From Mobula birostris (lineage: Eukaryota), in NCBI RefSeq assembly GCF_030028105.1, contig NC_092379.1:25103821-25167820 (forward strand): a stretch of DNA of 64,000 nt. The letters run 5' to 3'. A program made the position numbers and the translations under genes. Positions within the stretch are counted from its first letter, which is position 1; each line of letters opens with the position of its first letter. Of this stretch, positions 34,560-47,000 are shown piece by piece. A model generated the notes under the pieces. The model did no database searches. It worked only from the letters and a program-made list of their open reading frames with translations, and was not told the DNA's origin.

Positions 34560-34800
34560 ATTGCTCGATTGCAACGCTGTACCATCCCATGTTGCAATTG
34601 TTGGGATTCTTTCAGAAGTACATTACTGGAAGATAGAATTAGAGTGTTCATTGACATGTTGAATCTCCTTAATATGCCGATAAAGTCAAGATAAGAGAGT
34701 GTTTTTGGTGTAATTAAATCTATGTGCTGGGCCGTGAAGCTCATCCGTTATGTTAATAATAAGGAGTGAAAACTGATAACTCTGTTCATCGCTGATTCCT
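34560..34800 (-). mobile_element. Rex1-type RT C-terminal fragment
   Basis: Decayed homolog of the Rex segment at 41570-41790 (ORF 34508-34744 RRFNMSMNTL). Confidence 0.55.
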
Positions 34801-35839
34801 AAATGTAGGCTGACGCATGTGCGCTCCAGCTTCCCTTCCTGAATCAACGAGCAGATTTCAGTTTCTTGAGATTGAGAGAGACATTATTTATTGCGGCAGC
34901 CGTTCAGCAGTTTACCGCTCTCGTTCCAGCATGTGTCGGAAATAAAACGGCAGAAATAATCCAATATTCCGTCTACATCTGAGAGAAGAGAAGCAGACTG
35001 AAGAACCGGGATCTCATCATCAGAACCAGGAAGGAGCAGGCGTGGTTGTTTCTTCTACAGTATAACTCAGCTGACCATGGGAATGAGGTGCAAACAAGGT
35101 TACTACACAATGAGTGAACAGGAACAGTTAGAGAGTGAGAACAATGAAGACTAATCGAAACCTTGTGAAATGTAGACTATGGAGCAGCATTGTCCGGTTA
35201 ATTCTATTCACGGAGAATACAAACAGACAATAGTAAAAATAAATAAACACTCCTATACGATTTTTTTTTGTGGGGGGGGTGGAACTTGATGTTGAATCCT
35301 GCCATTCGAAAGCTACGCGAAGGAGACGAGATTCAGTTCCTTAGGCATGCGTTCGGATTCAGGATGCTAATTACTAGAAGCAAAGCCTAGATGGAAGAGG
35401 GACAGAGAATTTCCGTTCCGTTCCGTTGTTTTGAATTAAAATCGGCTGTTCTACCAAGAGGTCACCTTATCTGCGGTTGATGCCTCTAATCTTTAGGAGA
35501 CCACATAAGTAATATCAAATTCAGTGCACTAAATCAGAAGAAGGACAAATGCTTTGCCCAGACATATTGAATACATTCTTGGATAGTGGGTGTAATATGT
35601 CAATAACTTGGAAGCATTTCTTAATGAAACGATAGTCATGTTTTTGTTAAGTACAATTCCGTTTTTTATTTCTCCCTCAAGCTCTCCGTAAATCTATCAA
35701 AGTATTGTACGTTTAAGATCCTGTTTACAATAAAAGAAAGGAAAACCACATCAACATCACTCGAAATAATATGTTACGAACATTCTGACGTTAGGCGAAT
35801 TACAGCGCAATAACTTGTTAAAGAGGAAAGCCAATTAAC

Positions 35840-35911
35840 GGGCACGGACGGGATTTGAACCCGCGATCTTCGGTTTACGAGACCGACGCCTTTCCACTTG
35901 GCCACCGCGCC
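35840..35911 (-). tRNA. tRNA-Thr(CGT): tRNA-Thr (anticodon CGT)
   Basis: GGCGCGGTGGCCAAGTGGAAAGGCGTCGGTCTCGTAAACCGAAGATCGCGGGTTCAAATCCCGTCCGTGCCC folds into a full cloverleaf. Acceptor stem GGCGCGG/CCGTGCC, anticodon stem TCGGT/ACCGA with loop CTCGTAA, T-stem GCGGG/CCCGT. A and B boxes are intact. Confidence 0.93.
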
Positions 35912-36989
35912 TCAATAATTGATCATCTATTTAGAACTATAGCAGCATGATTAAAATCGTATACGCTTCATAATATCACGATCTCTGTTTCAGTGATATT
36001 GATGTGCAATTTTACGGTGATGTAACTTTGTAAGAATTGATGTATAGGTCGTCCTCTATGCTGGTTATGTCAGTGACAAATAAGTTTCAGTAATTAGTTG
36101 CTAAGTATTAGTGGTTACTAGAGATTTCTTAATTAAATAGAATATCGTTCTATCCATTGCACGACTTGCTGCCAATCCTAAATTACAACGAACAGTTCTC
36201 ATGCGTAAGAAATTCTGAATCAGAACCACAGAAGAGGGGGCAGGCCGGTCTCTGACGGCATGAGTTTTATCGCGATCCATTATTTGGAAAAATAAAAAAA
36301 AAAAGATAAAAATATGTGAAACTTGAAGAAAATGAAATTCACTAATCTCTAGCCTGGTAAATAATTTGTTATATAATAAACTATGAAGAACTTGACGAAC
36401 ACGAAAAAAATATGTTTCCAATAACAACTTGGAAAACAAACAAGAAGAAAAAAAACTAGACATCGTCCAGATACCCGAAGACAGACCAGTTTAACAACTC
36501 CATCAGTGCACCTTAATGAAGACCTAATCACCTGCTGGTGTGTTACTAGCAGGTGTTCATTATGCCTATTGGGGATATCGATGGTCGTGTTCGATTAATC
36601 GGCATGGAGAATCAGACTTAAAGTGCAAGAAATTACTGTGATCTAATTTGCTGAAGGCAAAGTCTGAGACCATTAACTCAAAAGGGTATTTTTTGTGGTC
36701 ATTCTGGTAAACTTCTAATAATTAACACAGGTTCTCAGGCTCTCGTCCTTTGTTATAGAGCAAAATCCTGCTGCCAACGACTTTTTTGTATTAGTCGTAC
36801 TATTCAGGATCAGGCACTGAGAGCATTCTACATCACAATGTCCAGTAGCGAGGCAATAATTTAATGGCGCAATCATAATTACGATGGATTGTCTGCGACG
36901 TGGTGTGTTTTTTTTTTTGCCATAAACTGCTAGAGATCTCAGTATTCAGGAAGGTTTCTCTCAATCTCATTCATAGTTTGTCAGAAAGG

Positions 36990-38140
36990 AAGGTCGGACT
37001 CAGGTACACATATCTTTATTTTGATTTCGGCTGTCAAGAGAAATGCCTGCTAGTTCTGGGAAACCGATTAAAAACAGACATTCATGCAGTTTGACGACCA
37101 ATTAGAATTATCTTCTTTGAATGAGTCAATCACAGAGGCATGTAATGGCGTTCTACTGGGGTCAGTGTTGGGACCACTTCTTTTTATGCTGTATATAAAT
37201 GATTTAGCTGACGGAATAAATGGCTTGTTGTCAAGTATGCAGATAATACAGAAGGTGGTAGAAGGGCGAGTAGAGTTGAGGAAACAGGTAGGATGTACAA
37301 GGATTAGACGGATTAGGAGAATGGACAAGAAAGTGGCAAATGTAATATAGTGTTGGAGGTGGCATGGTCATGCACTTTGGTAGTAGAAATGAATGTGCGG
37401 ACTATTTTCCAAACAGGGAGAAAATCCAAAAATCTGTGATGAAAGGTTCTTGTGACTCCCTATACATGATTAGATAAAGGTTAACTTACAGGTAAAGTCG
37501 GTGGTGAGTAAAGCAAACGCTATTTTAACATACATTTTGTGAGGTCCAGAAGGCAACAGCAAGGATGTTATGCTGAGGTTTTATAAGGCCTTACCTAGAG
37601 TATTGAGTACCTTTTCTTCCGTTCATGTTAGGAAAGATGTGTTGGCATTGGAGAGGGTGAAGAGAAGGTTTACAACGAAGATTCCAGGAATGAAAGGATT
37701 ATCATATGAGGAACGTTTAATGGCTCTGGATCTCTACTCGCTGGAATTCTGAAGGATAAGTGGGGATCTCACTGAAACCTTTCAAATGCAGCAAGGCATG
37801 GACAGAGTTAATGTGGAAAGGTTAATTGCATTGGTTGAATAGTCTAGTTTTAAAGGGCACAGCCTCAGGATAGAGGAACGTCATTTCAAATGACAGATGG
37901 GGAGAAATGTCTTGAGCCAGAGAGTGGTGAATCTATGTAATTTGTTACCACATGCATCTGTGGATGCTCGCTTGGGGTGTTTAAGGCAGAGATCGATGGG
38001 GTTTTGATTAGACGCATCAATGCTTACGGGAAGAAGTCCGAGAAATGGGGTTGAAGAGAAGATCGAATAAAAAGTATCAGCCCTGATTGAATGGAAGAGA
38101 AAACTCTAGGGGCCAGATGGCCTAATTCTGCTCCTGTATC
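36990..38140 (+). mobile_element. CR1 LINE RT/3' fragment, degenerate
   Basis: GVLLGSVLGPLLFMLYINDL and MLRFYKAL...KDVLALERVKRRFT; 3' UTR ending GGCCTAATTCTGCTCCTGTATC. Confidence 0.8.
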
Positions 38141-38570
38141 GGGTGGCGGAGAGAAGATGAGATGGGGCTAAACAGCGACTCCTTTGCTTGCATCTCCGGA
38201 AACAAATCTATTTCCATCTTTAATATGTTTATTTTTTTCCGTATCAGGGTTTTGTTGAAGACCCTGGCTTGGAGTTGGACGCTGATCGATTCTCTTCGGG
38301 AATGGGAACCGTTCTAGGTGCGTGGCCGTTTTATGGCGCGCCAAGTGTTGTTCGGCTTGAGAGTCCTGCTCAAATTCCGAAGCCTACGATCTCTGTGTTT
38401 TGGAGACGGGCGAACCGAGGATCAGTGCCACGACGGATATATATATCTTTTTGTTTTTTCGGCCTTGGCATACAGCATATTTTCAAGAAGCTGTCTGAGA
38501 ACTCTCCGGACATGCTGGATGCGTTCACAATGAGAGCGCGAATAGATAAGGATTTTAGCTAAATGCACAA
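38140..38570 (+). repeat. Unclassified non-autonomous retroposon 5' fragment
   Basis: GGCGGAGAGAAGATG...ACAGCGACTCC head resembling the head of 16616-17262; no coding motifs. Confidence 0.35.
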
Positions 38571-38589
38571 ACACTAACCAATTCTACAT

Positions 38590-40450
38590 GACCCTGAGTA
38601 CAACGTTAAACGAACGGCATTTCCAGGTTCACTTTGCGGCCCTTAGAGATGTTGAAAGCTGACCTCTAATTATCTTCCTTTCTTATGCGAAGTAGACATG
38701 TTGTCAAGAGCCGATTATCAATGCCGGGACGGTACTTCACATCTTTTCTACTCACAGAAAAGTAATCGTGCGGCTGTCGGAGATATTGGCGGAAGATAAA
38801 CTCCATGGTCAATGCCTCCATGGCCACCGTTTCAGGACAAGAGAGCGAAAACTGCCGATCCCGGGGAGGACTACTGCCAAGTAGGACTTTTTATGGCACA
38901 ACGGCATCCCCTGTATGAGGGCAGCATGCTGGTGTTTATTTTACTTAAGTCCTCAAGGGGATCTGCATATTCAACCGGAATCCGGATCAGGTCTACATCG
39001 TTAGATGATGCAGGAGAGGATTCATGGAGCCCAGTTGAACAGGTAGACAGGCAGACAAGCATGCCGGTCCCCGCTTTTGGAGTGCTTTTAGAGAGCAATG
39101 AATCTGTGGCTTATATCGGGAAATCAGGGCAGGCCAGGTACATGTTCAGCCGAATAAACTAGATCCAAAGAGAGTTCTACATCATGGTTGCCTTCGAGGG
39201 GTTCTTTGGAAATAAATCGACAGTCAAGCGGCTTGACTTTGCTCCTTTCTTTCGTTTCCCGTTTCGTAACTCCACATGAATGAGCTAGAGAGATGTTGAT
39301 GAAATACCCAGGTGCACTGGAGTTGATATAAGCCTTAAGTTCATGGGTCTTATACCTCCACTACAGGGAAGTTGGGAGCATTAAATATTTCGGGAAAACT
39401 GACTGAAGAAAGAAACGACCGGTCAGGAACTTTCTCCCTGCTGACCGGTATACTACATCGCCAGAACAGAGACAGTAACATCTCCCCGGCGCCGCTTTTG
39501 TTCCTCCCGAGACAGACGCTTGAGCACCACTTATATAGCCTCCTCCCGGTGCTCATGTGCGGGTTGGTGATGGGTAGGAGAGAGGGAGTGGGATAACGGT
39601 GATCATAAAAAGCTTGAAACATTATTTTTTCTGTGTCACTCTGCTGACGGTCCTCAACCATTATTATCCCATTATTATAGAAAGCAGTAATTAAAGATCT
39701 CTTATTCCAACCGGTCTTTACTACAGGCGTCCGGAATTCGACTATATTGCCGTTTCTCCAGCTTGGCATGGGTCCATATGTCGGTGGGCAGCCTGCTTAC
39801 CCCTTACTGCATACTCAAAGCCCTCCTTAACACTTTCACGGAATCTCTGAACGACTGGACAGGGCGATAACCTTGCTCCCGTAAAGCGTTGAAGAGGATG
39901 AGTGGTAATCTATCTAGAAGTTTTACCATGTCTGACAGTGTTCGTGAATCATTACCAAAACGATCAGGTTGGGTTTGATTTTTCTGATCGCCTGGGGTAT
40001 GAACATTTCTGCAACCATACATATCACCAGAATATCTGTCTTGTGGTGCTATACTCATTTCCTGTTCGTAATCTGGAGTCTCTGGCGGACCGAACGCGGC
40101 AATCTGTTTTTGCACGGGTGTGGTAGAAAGAACAGGAGCATTAATAGTTGATAGTAGCGCTGGGAGTCGGACGGGGGCGGCAGAGGTTGCTGTGCTGAGC
40201 AAGAGCGCAACCCACAGACACACGAGTCTGTTTGGCTTCCGTGAGCTGTGCAACAGTTGCAGCTAGGGATAATACCAGTTCCTTCAGATAAAATTCGTTA
40301 GCACAAGATTATCTGACTCATTGCTTCCGTAACTTCAGTCAGAACAGAATCCAGTGCCTGCAGGTTGTCCCGAACCTCTCCAATGAATCTTAGGAAAAAA
40401 GAAAGCTGTTCTTTCGCTCTACTGGGTCGATAGTTCACAGACTTTACTGC
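38590..40450 (-). mobile_element. Gypsy (Sushi-like) gag-protease-RT start, decayed
   Basis: Gag DRYSGDMYGCR...QPDRF; a decayed LCxYCG knuckle at ~39450; EYADPLEDLSK...LPSYRGCRCAIKSP (PPHRxxDCAI motif); RT start at ~38700-38800. Same family as 6060-9830. Confidence 0.8.
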
Positions 40451-41313
40451 GATCAGATATAGAGGGGGGGAAACAAACAAACATTAAGAGCTTGCTGAAG
40501 CAGGTCCATTAAATTAAACTATGCAGTGGAAAACGAAATCAACAGTACGGCTAAATGCAATAACTAATCATAAAACGTATGCCGCTAGTGTTCAGAGTCA
40601 GTTGACTCTACAATCCATTTCTCAAGCAAGATCGAATGCAAGCAAGCAACGAAAGGTTGCAGTACGTTGCTCAAGACTAGACAAGTAGCAAGATAAAAAA
40701 AGAATGGAGGTAAACACCATCACAATAAAAAGATAAAAATGAGCAGACACGTGCATATTCACGAGCACAATTGCCGTATATGCGCTGCAGAATACGTGGT
40801 TGTTACAGACGTATTATGGGACTGAGCATACGGTCTATAAATAGGTAATTCATGGATCCTACCGGGACTACCAAAGAGGAAGGTCTTACAATCTTAGTAA
40901 TGGAGTCAAATAACAGTAAAACACAGAAAAAAAGGCCGTTCTGTTCATCTAATCGGTGCCGAGCATTTAAACTGCCTACAAACATCTCCCTACATCAGGG
41001 CCATTGATCTCGAAACATGCACTTAGCTAAACTTTTCTCAAAAGTTGTGATAGAGCCTGCATCTACCACATATGATCGCAGCTCGTGACACACTCTCAGG
41101 AGGGTCTGAATGAAGTAGTTTCTTCCCTTGTTCCCAATAAAGTTTTCAGCTGTTACCCTGATAGCCATGACATCTCGTTATGGTACCACACAACTTGAGT
41201 GCAGAAAGCAAGGAGGAGTTCCGTTCACTCTACCTGCTGTGCCTGTGGCTTAACTGCCTTAACAGAACGAGTTAGGTACAGAGATAGAGATACAGAGATA
41301 CAGACAGAGAAAG

Positions 41314-41323
41314 ATATATATAC

Positions 41324-41390
<67 letters not shown>
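41314..41390. repeat. Compound (TA)n(GA)n microsatellite
   Basis: Direct inspection. Confidence 0.95.
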
Positions 41391-41391
<1 letters not shown>

Positions 41392-41467
41392 GAGGGGGTG
41401 CGGGTCGGGGTAATATCACTCCGCACAAAGGTCTAAAGGAAATAATTAATTTAAAAGACATATTACT

Positions 41468-42310
41468 CTAAACAACCTGACCCTCAACGTCAGTAAGAAA
41501 AAAGAGCTGATTGCGGATTTCAGGTAGGGTAAGACGAAGGAACACATACCAATCCTCATAGAGGGATCAGAAGAGGAGAGAGTGAGCATCTTCAAGCTCC
41601 TGGATGTCGATATCTCTGAGGATCTAACCAAGTCCCAACACATTGATGCAGTTATAAAGAAGAAAAGACAGCGCCTATACTCTATTATGGATTTGAAGCG
41701 GTTTGGAATGTCAACAAATACTCTGGAAAACTTCTACAGTTGTACCGTGGAGAACATTCTGATAGGCTGCATTACTGTCAGCTATGGAGGGGCTACTACA
41801 CAGGACTGAATGGAGCTGCAGAAGGTTCTAAATCTAGTCAGCTCCATCTGCGGCACTAGCCGACATGTATGCATGAGTTCTTTAGGCAGCGGTGCTTCAG
41901 AAAGGCAGCGTCCATTATTAAAGACCTCCAGCACGCAGAGTTTTCCCTTTCTCACTGTTACCATCAGGTAGGGGATACAAAAGCCTGAAAGCACACACTA
42001 TGCGATTGAGGATTAGCTTCATATCCTCTACCATCCGATTGCTGAATGGAATTTGAAGCTTTAGAGACTACTTCACTTTTATTAATATGCAGTGCTTCTG
42101 TTTTTGCACATTTGTAATAATCTATTCAATATACGTAATAGTTTTACGCGTTTATTTATTATTATGCTTCATTTGAATTCTTATTTTTTCTCTCACTTCT
42201 AGATTATGTAGTGCATTAAACTGCTGCAGCTAAGTGAACACATTTCACGTCACATGCCTGTGATAAGAAACCTTCTTCAGATTCAGAATCTGATTACGAT
42301 TCTGAATTAG
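41468..42310 (+). mobile_element. Rex1/Babar LINE 3' portion with (ATTCTG)n-like tail
   Basis: NNLTLNVSKKKEL, FKLLDVDISEDL and LKRFGMSTNTLENFYSCTVENIL. Confidence 0.85.
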
Positions 42311-42340
42311 ATTCATACATTATACTCAAATTCCTCTAGC

Positions 42341-42940
42341 TGTCACAATGGGGTGCGGGGAACGGACACAAATGCGACACACAGACACAGAAGTACATGG
42401 AAACGGTCTTGACTAGAGTAGTGACGTGACAGAATTCAGACCAGGAACAGGGACAAGAACACAAACTTGGGTTAGGGAAAGCGAGACCAGGACTAGAAAC
42501 CATGGACGAGGATACAAGGCTTCGACTCCGGGCCCGAGACTAGACAAGGACCCAGGACATGGATCTTGCCACGAGCTCGGACCCCAAAACATGGCAAGGA
42601 CATGACATGGCTTCAGGACAGGACATGGCAGGGATCTGAAGGCCTGAAGTTGGAGACAGGCTGGCGTCTTGCTCTTGGGGCTTGAAGCTGGACTCTTGGG
42701 TCTTGAGCTTCTCTGCAGGCAGAGGTCTTGGGCCTTGAGCTTGTCTGCAGGCTGGGGCCTTGGGTGGTGAGCTCGGAGACTGGGGACTTCAGGGTTGTGT
42801 TCTTGGATCTTGGCTTGGGATCCTCGATGCTAGAGTTCTCGGAGCTTGGCTTGCGATCTTGAGCTTTTCTGTCGGCTGCGGTCTGGGATCTTGAGCTTGG
42901 CTGCCGGCTGGGGTCTGGGATCTTGAGTTTGACTCGATAT
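42341..42940 (-). mobile_element. Gypsy-family LTR, 3' half only
   Basis: Begins TGTCACAATGG (reverse of the LTR end ...TGTGTCGCATTTGTGTCCG...GTGACA) and contains the same minisatellite. It is cut by CR1 at ~42945. Confidence 0.8.
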
Positions 42941-42944
42941 TGTT

Positions 42945-43345
42945 TCTCCTCATCTCCGTCCTAAATCTCCTCTCCAGAATCTTGAATGTGTCCTAGTTGT
43001 ATTCTCACCTACCAATGGAAACAGCTTTTCTACTTCTACATTTTCTATCCCTTTCAACATTTTGTATGCTTCTATAAGAACCCCTCTGATTCTTAGGAAC
43101 TCCAGAGGGTATAGTCCCAGAGGAGTCAACCTCTGCTCATAGGTTAACCTCTTCATCCCTGGAATCAAACTGATGAACCTCCTCTGCACTGCCTTCAAAG
43201 TCAGTACATCTTTCCTCCAGTATGGAGACCAGAACTGCACACAGGACTCCAGCTACGGCCTCACCAGTACCCTGTGTAGTTGCAGCATCACCTCCCTGCT
43301 CTTGAATTTAATCCCTCTAGCAATGAAAGCCAACATTCTGTTAGA
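42945..43345 (-). mobile_element. CR1 3' ORF2 fragment
   Basis: QFWSPYWRKDVLTLKAVQRRF. Confidence 0.85.
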
Positions 43346-43349
43346 GTTA

Positions 43350-43920
43350 GGGTATGTGGAACCCATATCTCAGAAAAGGTGTGCTGTCACTGGAGAGAAT
43401 CCAGAGTTTGTTCAAGAATATGTTTTCGGGAATGAAGGGGTTAAGGTATGAGGAGCGTCTTCCAGCCTTGGGGATCTACTCCTGAACTGACCAATGTTTA
43501 ATAAATGCGGGTAGTGGGACTGTTAAATCTCACTGAAACCCACTGAATGTGGAAAGGTCTATGTGGGGTGGATGAGTAGAGGACTTTTCGTATGGTGGTG
43601 GTAGCCATGACAGAGGCCACGGCCTCAAAACTGAGGCGTGATCTTTTAGAATATTTAAGAAGGATTTTTTTTTTTTTTTTTAGTCAGAGAACTGAATCTG
43701 TGGAAATGTTTGACACAGACGCCGGTGCGGGTAAAGTCCGTGGTTACATTTAAGGCAGAAGCTTATAGCTTGCTGATCAGTCAGGACATAACAGGATATG
43801 ACGAGGAGGGAGGTGCACAGGGTTGAGTGAGAACCGGGATCAGCCATGATAGAACGGCGAAGCAGAATTGATGGTGCTGGACGGCCTAATTCTGCTCCTA
43901 TGTCTTATGTTCTTCTACTA
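43350..43920 (+). mobile_element. CR1 3' fragment, divergent from the previous one
   Basis: Decayed RT C-terminus and 3' UTR ending GGCCTAATTCTGCTCCTATGTCTTATG. Confidence 0.7.
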
Positions 43921-44111
43921 CCCGTGTCTCACACAGTGATGATTGAAACAAAATAATCATTACTTTCGGCTGCTATTTCTTTGCTCTATTCCTAACTCGC
44001 CAGCATCATCTTCCAGCCGTACAATATCAACTCTTGTCCGTCTTTTACTCTATATATCTGAGCAACATTTCATTCGTGATTGTTTTCGCTCACTTACCAT
44101 CTTGTTTCTCC

Positions 44112-44114
44112 TGT

Positions 44115-44148
<34 letters not shown>

Positions 44149-44156
44149 TTTGTGTG
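44112..44156. repeat. (GT)n microsatellite
   Basis: Direct inspection. Confidence 0.95.
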
Positions 44157-44269
44157 TCACCTGTAAGTTATGTAAAAACTTTCCAATCCTCTAACTTCCC
44201 ACTATTTTCTTGCAATATTACATGGCCCCGCTTTTTTGTTTATCAAAAACAGTATAACGTTTGTGTATG

Positions 44270-44480
44270 CTGGAAATCCAAGCAACACATACACAAAATG
44301 CTGGCGGAATCTAGGAGTCCAGGCAGTATATATGAGAAATAGTAAACAGTCGCCGTGTCGTGCTGAGACCCTTCGTCAGGACTGGGAAAACAGATTAGAC
44401 GCTAGAGGAATACGTGTGGGGATGAGAGTGGTGGGAAAAGTGGTAGGTGATAAGTGAAACTGGGAGAGGGGGAGTAGTCA
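44270..44480 (-). repeat. Penelope-like element terminal repeat with decayed minimal hammerhead
   Basis: CAAGCAACACATACACAAAATGCTGG...CTGAGACCCTTCGTCAGGACTG; the minus strand has CTGACGA AGGGTCTCAGCAC GACAC. Confidence 0.65.
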
Positions 44481-44670
44481 AGGAAAATAAAAAAAAACTT
44501 CTTAGGATATAATCTCCATAACGATTCTCGAAAGAACATTGTCAATGCCTCCACACCTCTTCAGCCACCGCCTTCAGATCTCTGGGCTGTACATCATCCG
44601 GTCCAGGTGACCTATCCACCCTCATACCACCCTCATCTTGTTTCACAAGATCCTTCTCCCAAGTAACATA

Positions 44671-45545
44671 CAGTGGCATGCAAGTTTGAGCACTGCTGGT
44701 GATAATTTCTGTAACTGTGAATAGCTAAGCGAGTAAAAGATGAACTAATTTCCAAAAGGCTTAAAGTTAAACATGACACAATTATTTAATATTTAGCAAG
44801 AAAACCTTTTTTTATTTCCATGTTTTACTGTTTCAAAATAAGAAAAAAAACAAAAATGATAAGCGCCTGAAGCAAAAGTTTGGGCAGCCTGCATGGCCAG
44901 TACTTAGTAACAACCACTTTGGTAAGTGCTACAGCATGTAAACGCTCATTGTAGCCAGATAAGAGTCTTTCAGTTTTTGTTTTAGGGATTTTCGGCCATT
45001 CTTCCTTGCAAAAGACTTCTAGTTCTGTGAGATTCTTGTGCCGCCTTGCATGCACTGCTCTTTTGAGGTCTATCCACAGTCCAATGACTATCCACAGTCA
45101 AGGGACTGTGAGGGCCATGGCAAAACCTTCATCTTGCACCTCTTGAGGTAGTCCATTGTGGATTTTGAGGTGTGTTTAGGTTCATTATCCTGTTGTAGAA
45201 GCCACCCTCTTTTCAGTTTTGGCTTTTTAAAAGACGGTGTGATATTTGCTTCCAGAATTTGCTGGCTTTTAATTGAATTCATTCTTCCCTCTACAAGTAA
45301 ATGTTCCCCATGCCACTGGCTGCAACAGAAACCCAAAGCTTGATCGCTCCATCTCGTGCTTAACATTTGGAGAGGGGTTCTTTTCTTGAAATTCTGCACT
45401 CTCTTTTCTCCAAACATAACTTCGCTCATTGGGGTCAAAAATTTCTATTCAAAAGATTCAAAGGAAAATCTAAACAAACCTGATGCACTTTGTAAGCAGG
45501 TCTTGTGGACTGATGACGTTAAAACAGAACTTGAGGATAATGTAG
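44671..45545 (-). mobile_element. Tc1-family DNA transposon, 3' half
   Basis: TA|CAGTGGCATGCAAGTTTG terminal inverted repeat at 44671. Transposase WLLQQDNEPKHTSKSTMDYLK...WPSQS and NLTELEVFCKEEWPKI on the minus strand; a VLWTD segment lies on the plus strand at 45455-45545. Confidence 0.9.
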
Positions 45546-45978
45546 TTAACTAAGGGGAAACAAATCGAAAACAGATGAAATACAAAAAAACAGCAGTAAT
45601 TGCAGAAAATGCCAAAAGAAACGAGACACAGTCCAACACATTCCAGGCTCCTGCAGGAGTTTAACTCAATCTGATTACTTATAAAGGTACAATCAAATGG
45701 CAAATATCATTCACCAAAATCTTGCTTTAAAATTCAGACTCATAATTGCCCTGCATCACTTCATAAAGGCACCATAAATTTAAGTGGAACAGTTTTAGAG
45801 TCAAAATCTTACAAATTATCTGATAATCAATGCATTATTTCAGATAGGACAATCCATAATAATCATCCGGATATAATATTACAGAATAAACAAGAAGGAA
45901 CAACTCAATCAATAGATAAAACCATACTCAACACACAGTTGCTCGACCAGTGAAGCACATTACCACGGGTATTGATTG

Positions 45979-46081
45979 TGTCATCGTTGTTCTTGTCCCA
46001 GCTCTCTAGTCAAGTCCTGTTCCTAGTACTTCAGTGACTGTGTCTTGCATTTGTGTCCGCTCCTAGCGCCCTCTTATGACA
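45979..46081 (+). mobile_element. 103-bp remnant of the Gypsy-family LTR 3' end
   Basis: TGTCA...CTAGTCAAGTCCTGTTCCTAGTACTTCAGTGACTGTGTCTTGCATTTGTGTCCG...TGACA, matching the LTR ends at 50100-50170 and 62745-62825. No TSD. Confidence 0.7.
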
Positions 46082-46319
46082 GTACAATGTTTGAATTAGT
46101 ATACAGCATGCAACAAACAGCGGTAAAATGCCTAAATTCTAATAATGCTTCCTTCGCAATTAAATTGAGAGATATATGCTTAGGTTATTAACACGTTCAC
46201 AAGATTGCAGTAGAGTGCACCATAGTTACACGTAATAACAATCAATTCGTTACTTGCTTTGATGATCATGGCTAAATTATGTTTCGTGTGGCTTCGTCTA
46301 TTTTATATGTAATAGTTTG

Positions 46320-47000
46320 CACAGAGGATTATGGGTGTTTGGAATGTACTACCAGAATTGAACACAGTACCCCAAGTGGGGTCTGACCAGGGTCTAATAT
46401 AGCTGCAACATTACCTCTCGGCTCTTAAACTCAATCCCACGATTGATCAATCCAATGCACTGTATGTCTTCTTAACCACAGAGACAACCTGTGCAGCAGC
46501 ATTGAACGACCTATGGACTTGGACACAAATATCCCCCTAATCCTCCACGCTGCCAAGAATCTTACCATTAATGCTATATCCTGCCATCATATTTGACCAA
46601 GCAAAAATGTAGCACCTCACACCGATCTGTGTTGAACTCCATCTGCCACTTCTCAGCCCAGTTTTGAATCCTATCAATGTCTCTGGGTTATCCTTTGACA
46701 TCCCTCTACACTGTTCACAACACGCCCAACCTTTGTGTCATGAGTAAATTTACTAAACCACCCCTCTACTGCCTCATCCAGGTCATGTAAAAAAAATCAC
46801 AAAGAGCAGGTGCCCCAGAACAGATCTTTGAGCCATATCCCTGATCACCGGTTTCCATGCAGAATATGACCTGTCTACAACCATTTTTTTTGCCTTCGGT
46901 GGGCAAGCTAGTTCTCTATCCACAAAGTAATGACCCTTGGATACCATGCCCCCTAACTTTCTCAATAAGCCTTCCATGGAGAACCTTATCGAATCCTTGC
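46320..47000 (-). mobile_element. CR1 RT fragment
   Basis: ORF 46783-47010 VYFSKDS...WKPVIRDMAQRSVLGHLLFVI. Confidence 0.75.

Noticed and set aside
34695-34735. RSS-like CACATAG-12-CAAAAACAC on the minus strand
   Set aside because: Poor match, inside a Rex1 fragment, and no adjacent V/D/J coding sequence.
34960-35015. Leader-like MMRSRFFSLLLFSQM on the minus strand
   Set aside because: Ends in TAG, has no phase-1 donor, and no V exon follows.
39804-40253. 149-aa ORF starting with a signal-peptide-like LVCLWVALLLSTATSAAP
   Set aside because: It lies within decayed Gypsy gag (RYSGDMYGCR, QPDRF). The hydrophobic start is a frameshifted reading.
5944-43960. Perfect CACAGTG heptamers at ~5944, ~17419, ~23819 and ~43934
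   Set aside because: None has a nonamer at 12 or 23 nt spacing.
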